The position numbers were made by a program, and so were the translations under genes. The notes under the pieces were generated by a model, which saw only the letters and a list, made by a program, of their open reading frames with translations, had not been told where the DNA came from and searched no databases. From Candidatus Eiseniibacteriota bacterium (GTDB taxonomy: Bacteria > Eisenbacteria > RBG-16-71-46 > DASYSL01), in contig JANPEF010000081.1 of NCBI GenBank assembly GCA_031431875.1, forward strand, positions 1-23,781: DNA of 23,781 bases, read 5' to 3'. Every line of letters begins with the position of its first letter. The stretch's first letter is position 1. Of this stretch, positions 17,287 to 23,781 are shown in pieces.

Positions 17287-19424
17287 AGTCCCATCGGGTC
17301 GTCGTCCTGGCCCGGCTCCTGGCCGGCGGGGTCACCCTGCTCGGAGGATCCATGATCGAAGCCCGTCCCGCCTATCCGCCGACTCCCGTGCACGCCGTCA
17401 CCGATACGCTGCACGGCACCGCCGTGGTCGATCCGTACCGCTGGCTCGAGGATGGCGCCGCGCCCGAGGTCGAGGCGTGGACCGACGCGCAGAACGCGCT
17501 CACCCGTTCGGTGCTTGACGTGTTTCCGGGGCGCGCCGCACTGGCCGCATCGTACGAACGGCTCTTCGCGGTGAACACGATGCTGAAGGCGCGGCCGTGC
17601 GGCGCGCGCCTGTTCGTCGAGCGCAAGGATGGGCTCAAGAACCAGCCGACGATCGACCTGCTCACCGGTGGCCCGGGCGGCCGCTCGACGACGGTGATCG
17701 ATCCCAACGGCTTCTCGGCCGACGGCACGGTCGCGCTCGACTGGTGGTATCCGAGCCACGACGGCGCGCTCGTGGCGTACGGCAGGTCCGAAGGCGGCAG
17801 CGAGCAGAGCGTGCTCCACGTGCTCGACGTCGCGACGGGGAAGAACCGGCCCGACGCGATCGCCCAGACGCAGTATGCGACCGTGCTGTGGGATCCCGAC
17901 GGGACGGGCTTTCTCTACACGCGCCATCCCGCGAAGGGCGAGGTGCCGGCGGGCGAGGAGGTCTTCCACAAGCGCGTCTTCCACCACCGCCTGGGCGACG
18001 ATCCAGCGCAGGATTCGCTCGTCTTCGGCGGGCTGCCGGGCGCGCCGATCCAGGAGTTTCGCATCCTCTACGGCTCCAGCGATCACCGCTGGACGTTCCT
18101 CCACCTGTCGACCGACTGGGCGAAGAACGACCTCTACGCGCGCCCGGCCGGCACCGCGCTCGACGCAGCGTGGACGCCGATCGCCGTCGGGCTCGACGGC
18201 CTGACGCACGCCGACGCGACCGGCGGACGCCTCTACCTCCTGACCAACGTCGGCGCGCCGCGCTACCGGATCGCCACGGTCGATCCCACCGCACCGGCGC
18301 TGTGGACCGACGTCGTGCCCGAGGGCGAGGGCGTCCTCGAGTCGTTCGCCATCGTCGACGGGCGGCTGGCGCTCAACCTGCGCCAGGACGTCGTCTCGCA
18401 CGTCCGCATCCACGGGCTCGACGGCGCGTTCCAGCGCGAGGTCGAGCTGCCCGCGCCCGGCACCGTCGATCAACTCGACGGCCAGCCGGACCGGCCCGAG
18501 CTCTACTTCCGCTTCTCGTCGTTTGCCTATCCGTCGATGGTCCAGCGCTGCGACCTGCGCGCCGGCACGTGCGTCGCGCTCGAGGAACGCACGCTGCCGT
18601 TCGACCCGGCGACCTACGTGACAACCCAGGAGTGGGCGACGTCGAAGGACGGGACGCGCATCCCGATGTTCGTGGTGAAGAAGCGCGCGGTCGCGCTCGA
18701 CGGCGACCGGCCGACGATCGTCTACGGCTACGGCGGCTTCGGCGTGAGCGGCACCCCCGAGTACCGCGCCGCGATCTTCCCGTGGCTCGACGAGGGCGGC
18801 GTGTTCGTTCAGGCGACGCTGCGTGGCGGTGGCGAGTTCGGCCGTGCCTGGCACGAGGCGGGCCGGCTCGAGAAGAAGCAGAACGTCTACGACGACCTGT
18901 ACGCGTGCGCCGAACGGCTGGTCGCCGCCGGCGTGACGAAGCCGCCCCGCATGGCGGTCTGGGGTGGGTCGAACGGGGGGCTGCTCGTCGGTGCGGCGAT
19001 CACCCAGCGGCCCGAGCTGTGGGGCGCGGCCGTGTGCGAGGTGCCACTGCTCGACATGCTGCGCTACCAGGAGTTCTCGGTCGCGCGCTACTGGGTGCCC
19101 GAGTACGGCTCGGCGGAGGACGCAGCGCAGTTCCGGACGCTGATCGCCTACTCGCCGTACCACAACGTGAAGGCCGGTGTGCACTACCCACCCACGCTCT
19201 TCACCGCCGGGGCGTTCGACTCGCGCGTCGACCCGCTGCACGCGCGCAAGATGGCCGCGCTGATGCAGGCGAAGGATGCGGGCGACGGCCCGATGCTGCT
19301 GCGCATCGAGGGCAAGGCCGGCCACGGACAGGGCAAGCCCACGCACAAGCGCATTGCCGCCGCCGTCGACGTCATGAGCTTCTTCATGGGCCGACTGGGC
19401 GTGACGCCGCCGCCGGCGCCTTAG
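17283..19424 (+). CDS. Prolyl oligopeptidase (S9A)
   Basis: DPYRWLED, SKDGT.IP, YGYGGF, RGGGEFG..WH, GGSNGG (Ser), DSRV (Asp) and AGHG (His). GTGA overlap with the upstream stop. Confidence 0.96.
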   Translation: MKSHRVVVLARLLAGGVTLLGGSMIEARPAYPPTPVHAVTDTLHGTAVVDPYRWLEDGAAPEVEAWTDAQNALTRSVLDVFPGRAALAASYERLFAVNTMLKARPCGARLFVERKDGLKNQPTIDLLTGGPGGRSTTVIDPNGFSADGTVALDWWYPSHDGALVAYGRSEGGSEQSVLHVLDVATGKNRPDAIAQTQYATVLWDPDGTGFLYTRHPAKGEVPAGEEVFHKRVFHHRLGDDPAQDSLVFGGLPGAPIQEFRILYGSSDHRWTFLHLSTDWAKNDLYARPAGTALDAAWTPIAVGLDGLTHADATGGRLYLLTNVGAPRYRIATVDPTAPALWTDVVPEGEGVLESFAIVDGRLALNLRQDVVSHVRIHGLDGAFQREVELPAPGTVDQLDGQPDRPELYFRFSSFAYPSMVQRCDLRAGTCVALEERTLPFDPATYVTTQEWATSKDGTRIPMFVVKKRAVALDGDRPTIVYGYGGFGVSGTPEYRAAIFPWLDEGGVFVQATLRGGGEFGRAWHEAGRLEKKQNVYDDLYACAERLVAAGVTKPPRMAVWGGSNGGLLVGAAITQRPELWGAAVCEVPLLDMLRYQEFSVARYWVPEYGSAEDAAQFRTLIAYSPYHNVKAGVHYPPTLFTAGAFDSRVDPLHARKMAALMQAKDAGDGPMLLRIEGKAGHGQGKPTHKRIAAAVDVMSFFMGRLGVTPPPAP

Positions 19425-19691
19425 CTCCGGCCGAAGGCCGAAGCATTTCGGGGTAATTCCCCAGCTGGGGCTTGACGGTCGGGGGCCCCAGGGTGTCCAC
19501 TCATCGCCACGCTGGATTCTCATGGACCGGGACCATCCTGCCACCCACCTCGCCTTCCCGGAATTGTCTTCCGACCAGCGGAAGTCACAGCAGCCGTATT
19601 CGACCCATCTCGAATGGCGATTCCACCGCTTGACCCCCGTACAGCCGCGCGACTGCCTCCCCCCGGCCAGCCGACGCGTCCGGAGACCTTC

Positions 19692-22600
19692 ATGCTCCTG
19701 TCGACACGAATCCGCACCGGGTCCCTCGCGCTTGTTGCCGGCGCCCTCCTCGGCCTGGCGAGTCTCGCCGGCGCTGCATCGCAGGTCGAACACGATCCCT
19801 ATCCGAATGACCTGAGCCCGGCCGGCCTGCGCGCCGCCGCATCCATCGGCGACGCCTCCGCCCAGGCGCTCCTCGATCAGTCCGTGCTTCCGGCACCGGC
19901 GATCGACGCGGTCCGCGGCTACGTCCGCGAGATGCAGGCCATGGGACTCAAGACGAAGAAGGGCCGGATCTCCTTCGACCTCGGCGTCCCGAACATCCGG
20001 GCCAACGATCCCGCGCAGGTCCCCGACCGGATCGGTGAGGCGCAGTCCGAAGTGTCGGTCTGCGTCAACGGCGACACGGTCGTCGTCGCGTGGAACGATT
20101 CGCGGGCCTTCACCGTTGGTAGCTCGCCCGGTGTCGGAACGCTGTCGGGCTTCGCTTACTCGACGGACGGTGGTGCATCGTTCGTCGACGGTGGCTCGAC
20201 TCCGCGCGCCCTCGTGACCGATCAGGTCTTCGGCGATACCGACATCGATACGGACGGCCGCGGCAACTGGTATTGCAATTCGATCTACACCCGCACGCTG
20301 GGCAACCCGGGTCCCACGGCGCAGCAGAACATCTCGGTGCACAACGGCACGTTCGTGGCCGGCGTGCTGGTGTGGAATACGCCCGTGATGGCCTCGATTG
20401 GCACGTCCGCGACCGGGGTCCTCGACAAGTGCTTCATCGCAACCGATCGGGCGAGCGGAAACGTCTATGTCGCCTACACCCGCTTCGTCAATCCGGCGGC
20501 GATCGAGATCGTGCGCTCGATCGATGCCGGTGCGACATGGAGCGCGCCGATCATCCTCGACAACACGATCGTCCCGACCTCCTCGAAACAGTCCGCGAAC
20601 CCGATCGTCGGGCCCGGCGGCGAGGTCTACGTCGTCTGGGAGAAGGGCGCGAACCTGATCAACTGCCCCGACGGCCTGGGGGACCTGTTTCCAGTGCCGG
20701 CCCAGATCGCGTTCACCAAGTCGCTCGACGGCGGCCTGACCTACGCCCCGTTCTCGGTCATCGCCCAGCCGATCACCGGCTTCATGGCGTCGGGCCCCGG
20801 CGACAATCGCGAACGTGGGAACGAATTCCCGGACATCGCCGTCGACCGCTCGGGTCTCACCTGGAACGGTCGTATCTACGTCACCTACCACGACACGGCT
20901 CCGTGGACGACGAACCTGGGCGGCGGCGTCGCCTATGTCGAGGCGCAGAACGCAACGAATGGAGCGGCGGGTGCGGCCGAGCCGATCGCGATCGGGATGA
21001 ACGTCGCCGGATCGCTCAGCGCGACGAACGACTTCGACTACTACTCGTTCACGGCCGTCCAGGGGAACAGCTACATGTTCACCCTCGATCCGCAGGGCTT
21101 CAATTGCGGCGTGAGCGGGACGACCCGTGGCATGCGCATGCGGCTCTATGCCAACACGACGCCAGCACCGACCACGACGTTCAGCGACTCGCTGCTCGCC
21201 GCCTCGACGCAGGGCGGCTTCACCGACCGCATCATCTGGACGGCGCCGCAGAGTGGCACGTTCAAGCTGCGCCTGTCGCCCGCGTCGGGCACTTACCCGG
21301 CGACCTACACGCTCAAGCTGCGCGACCTCACGTTCAGCCCGGTCGTGGGCGGGGCGCGGGACGTGCGTGACGTCATGGTGACCTCCTCGTCCGATGGCGG
21401 AGCGACGTGGACCGTGCCGGCCCGGGTCAACGACGACGCGGCAGGCCTCGAGAACCGCCGTCCGTTCATCGCCGCCGACGGGCTGGGCCACGTGCACGCC
21501 TTTTGGCACGACTCGCGCCGTCCGGGCATCGGCAGCAACGCGACGCTGACGACGGTGTTCGGGACGACCAGCCGCGATGGCGGTGCGACGTGGACACCGA
21601 ACTACTGCGTGACGGACGACTTCTCGTTCTTCTCGTTCAACACCATCGCCATTCCCAACATGGGCGACTACAACATGGCGGCCGGCGGCGACGACGGCGT
21701 CATCGCGGGGTGGTCGGATCAGCGGCTGTCGACCGGCGACATCTTCGATCCCGCGACGCTCACCTACACGGCCGGACTCGGCCCCGAGGCCTACACCGCA
21801 CGCATCAAGTTCGCGCACACGGTGGAGTGCCCGGCCGACTTCGCGTTGGCCGAGAACTCGCAGCAGGTGGTCTCGCTGTGCGTGGCGAACACCGGAACCG
21901 TTCCCGACTCCTACAACTGGAGCGCGACCAGCGCGAACGGGTGGATCCTGGGCGCCAGCAACGGGACGCTCGGGCCGATCCCGCCGGGCGGCTCGGCATG
22001 CGCCCAGATCACGATCGCCGTGCCGCAGGGTTGCGCTCCGGCGCTGAACGACGTCGTCGCCTTCATCGCCACTCCGGTCGGTGACGCGAAGGGCGGCGAA
22101 GTGGAGTGCACGTTCGGCGTGCAGTGCGATCCGGTCGTTCCGGCGTTCATCTCGTTCTTCGACGCGGCGCTCGAGGGCGATGCCGTGCAGCTCAACTGGA
22201 TGGCGGCGTCCTCGGCCCAGATCGCCGGCTTCAACCTGTACCGGGGCCTCAATCCGGAGGCGATCCTCGAACGCGTGAACGAGCAGCTGATTCCGCTCGG
22301 TTCAGGCGGCGAGTTCTCGTTCGTGGATACGCCGGAGCTGAGCGGGACCGTCTGGTACCGCCTCGCCGGGGTGTCGTACGGCGGCGAGGAGGTCAACCAG
22401 ACGATCGTCAGCCTGCAGGTCAACGCGCTGCCGACGGTGTACTCGTTCCGCCTCGCCGGGGCGAATCCGTTCCGTCCCTCGGCCGGCACGACGTTCGCCT
22501 ACACGCTGCCCCGGGCGTCGATGGTTCACCTGGCCGTCTACGACATGGCCGGGCGCAAGGTCGCGACCCTGGCCCAGGGTGAGCAGGCCGCAGGCGCGTA

Positions 22601-22709
22601 CCGCGCGGCGCTCTCGAGCGCCGGTCGTGTGCTGCCGGCCGGTGGCTACGTCGCGCGTCTCGAGGCGGGCTCGTTCCGCCGTTCGGTTCGCCTGATCGCG
22701 CTGCCGTAG
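19692..22709 (+). CDS. Large secreted Asp-box (BNR/sialidase-like) beta-propeller protein with PPC-like insert, Ig-like domains and T9SS/FlgD-Ig-like C-terminal domain
   Basis: GGAG RBS and signal peptide from the ATG at 19692. Five S.D[GA]G.[TS][WFY] boxes. C-terminal NPF...YTLP....V.L.VYD..GR.V..L...G.Y..RL. Confidence 0.85.
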   Translation: MLLSTRIRTGSLALVAGALLGLASLAGAASQVEHDPYPNDLSPAGLRAAASIGDASAQALLDQSVLPAPAIDAVRGYVREMQAMGLKTKKGRISFDLGVPNIRANDPAQVPDRIGEAQSEVSVCVNGDTVVVAWNDSRAFTVGSSPGVGTLSGFAYSTDGGASFVDGGSTPRALVTDQVFGDTDIDTDGRGNWYCNSIYTRTLGNPGPTAQQNISVHNGTFVAGVLVWNTPVMASIGTSATGVLDKCFIATDRASGNVYVAYTRFVNPAAIEIVRSIDAGATWSAPIILDNTIVPTSSKQSANPIVGPGGEVYVVWEKGANLINCPDGLGDLFPVPAQIAFTKSLDGGLTYAPFSVIAQPITGFMASGPGDNRERGNEFPDIAVDRSGLTWNGRIYVTYHDTAPWTTNLGGGVAYVEAQNATNGAAGAAEPIAIGMNVAGSLSATNDFDYYSFTAVQGNSYMFTLDPQGFNCGVSGTTRGMRMRLYANTTPAPTTTFSDSLLAASTQGGFTDRIIWTAPQSGTFKLRLSPASGTYPATYTLKLRDLTFSPVVGGARDVRDVMVTSSSDGGATWTVPARVNDDAAGLENRRPFIAADGLGHVHAFWHDSRRPGIGSNATLTTVFGTTSRDGGATWTPNYCVTDDFSFFSFNTIAIPNMGDYNMAAGGDDGVIAGWSDQRLSTGDIFDPATLTYTAGLGPEAYTARIKFAHTVECPADFALAENSQQVVSLCVANTGTVPDSYNWSATSANGWILGASNGTLGPIPPGGSACAQITIAVPQGCAPALNDVVAFIATPVGDAKGGEVECTFGVQCDPVVPAFISFFDAALEGDAVQLNWMAASSAQIAGFNLYRGLNPEAILERVNEQLIPLGSGGEFSFVDTPELSGTVWYRLAGVSYGGEEVNQTIVSLQVNALPTVYSFRLAGANPFRPSAGTTFAYTLPRASMVHLAVYDMAGRKVATLAQGEQAAGAYRAALSSAGRVLPAGGYVARLEAGSFRRSVRLIALP

Positions 22710-22752
22710 CCTGTTCTGATCCGCCGGAACGCGGTTCGGTTCCGGCATGTAC

Positions 22753-22797
22753 GGCTCCCCGGGGGTAGGGCACACCTTCGGGGAGTTCGTGTTTCTT
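22753..22797 (+). terminator. Probable intrinsic terminator
   Basis: Stem CTCCCCGGGGGT/ACCTTCGGGGAG (with G-U pairs) followed by TTCGTGTTTCTT. A second hairpin GCCGGAAC/GTTCCGGC lies just upstream. Confidence 0.6.
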
Positions 22798-22824
22798 GAC
22801 GCCTGCCGGGTCGCCCGCTACGGT
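22796..22824 (+). promoter_or_regulatory. Putative sigma70 promoter of bioY
   Basis: TTGACG-17 nt-TACGGT. Confidence 0.5.
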
Positions 22825-22894
22825 CCCGGGACGGCGTCGTCGTTCGCCGCCACCGTCGGAACGTCGGAACGCCGTCTCCCCAAGGAGCCTGTCG

Positions 22895-23503
22895 ATGAAC
22901 CTCGTCGCCCCGTACGCCGATCTCGCCCGTCCCGCGCAGGCCTCCCATGGCCGCCTCGCCGCGCTGTACGACGTTGCCATGGTCGTCGCGGGCTCGCTGG
23001 TCGTGGCCCTCGGGGCGCAGCTCGAGATCAAGCTGCCGTTCACGCCCGTGCCGATGACGGGGCAGCCGTTCGCCGTGCTGCTGGTCGGCGCGCTGCTCGG
23101 CGCGCGCCGTGGCGCCGCCGCGATGCTCACCTACCTTGGCGAGGGCGCGCTCGGCCTGCCCGTGTTCGCCGGCGGTGCGGCCGGCCTGGCGAACATCCTG
23201 GGACCGAGCGGCGGCTACCTGCTCGGCTTCGTGCCGGCGGCGGCCGTCACAGGCTTCCTCGCCGAGCGCGGCTGGGATCGCCGCTTCCTCACGACGTGGG
23301 CGGCGATGGCGCTGGGCAGCACGCTGATCTTCGCCTGCGGGCTGCCCTGGCTCGCGACGTTTGTCGGCTGGAACAACGTCCTGGCGGCGGGGTTCTTCCC
23401 GTTCATCCTGGGCGACCTCGTCAAGCAGGTGCTGGCGGCGCTGGCGTTGCCCTCGGCGTGGAAGCTCGCGGGTCGGGCGGGGTGGATGCGCGAAGGCTTC
23501 TAG
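22895..23503 (+). CDS. bioY: Biotin transporter BioY (ECF S-component)
   Basis: LPFTPVP.TGQ.FAVLL.GALLG.RRG, YL..G..GLPVFAGG, GPSGGYLLGF and PFI.GD..K motifs. AAGGAG RBS. Confidence 0.95.
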   Translation: MNLVAPYADLARPAQASHGRLAALYDVAMVVAGSLVVALGAQLEIKLPFTPVPMTGQPFAVLLVGALLGARRGAAAMLTYLGEGALGLPVFAGGAAGLANILGPSGGYLLGFVPAAAVTGFLAERGWDRRFLTTWAAMALGSTLIFACGLPWLATFVGWNNVLAAGFFPFILGDLVKQVLAALALPSAWKLAGRAGWMREGF

Positions 23504-23695
23504 TTCTCGGGGGAACCTGCCCCGGGGCTGGTCGATTTGCACTCCCCCTTCCCTCCGGATCCCCCCACGAAAACCTGACCTCCGATTCCGTGTCCTCCGC
23601 GTAAACGAACCCGTCCTGGGCGTCGTCCTTGCAGACGAGTGCCACGGGTCACGTCACGGGCCTCGAACGAGTCCCGATCGCCACAGGAGGACATC

Positions 23696-23781
23696 ATGAG
23701 CGTTGCATCCGTCCGACACACTGCAGCCGCGCTGCTCGCCGTCACGCTCGCCGCCGCCCCGGCGCAGGCGCGCACCCCCGT
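23696..23781 (+). CDS. N-terminus of a secreted protein (runs off the window)
   Basis: AGGAGG RBS, then MSVASVRHTAAALLAVTLAAAPAQA-RTP, a Sec signal peptide with an AQA cleavage site. Confidence 0.75.
   Translation, partial: MSVASVRHTAAALLAVTLAAAPAQARTP

Noticed and set aside
19425..19691. Long leader before the propeller gene as a possible riboswitch
   Set aside because: No conserved aptamer motifs (cobalamin, TPP, SAM, c-di-GMP) are recognisable by eye.
17004..21818. 1604-aa minus-strand ORF, the longest in the track
   Set aside because: Antisense shadow of the aminotransferase, oligopeptidase and propeller genes, with no recognisable domains.
23565..23630. ECF-sigma-like AAAC...CGTC promoter motifs before the last gene
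   Set aside because: Too short and degenerate to support without a genome-wide motif model.

Overview
High-GC bacterial chromosomal segment. A Hanks kinase fused to a PD40 propeller and a large secreted protein with a T9SS/FlgD-Ig-like C-terminal domain suggest an FCB-group organism such as Ca. Eisenbacteria (inference). The left part holds the 5' end of prfC, the membrane Ser/Thr kinase, a YaiI/YqxD gene with a probable CTG start, a small cupredoxin lipoprotein whose two halves are in swapped (circularly permuted) order, a His-less CHRD protein, three tandem paralogous lipoproteins with a C-terminal TM helix, and a secreted two-repeat protein. Next come a divergent HicB-like/HicA-like gene pair behind an AT-rich promoter, tRNA-Ser(GCT), katG with a LysR/OxyR-type palindrome, and tRNA-Arg(ACG). 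The rest is a + strand run: rhomboid, M20 dipeptidase, an acidic orphan, a GNA1162/CsgG-like protein, tadA, CYTH, a PLP aminotransferase, prolyl oligopeptidase, an Asp-box propeller protein, bioY and the start of another secreted protein. No integrase, transposase or CRISPR array is visible. The best candidates for novelty are the permuted cupredoxin, the HicBA-like module and the lipoprotein triad. All family calls come from motif recognition by eye; no searches were run.
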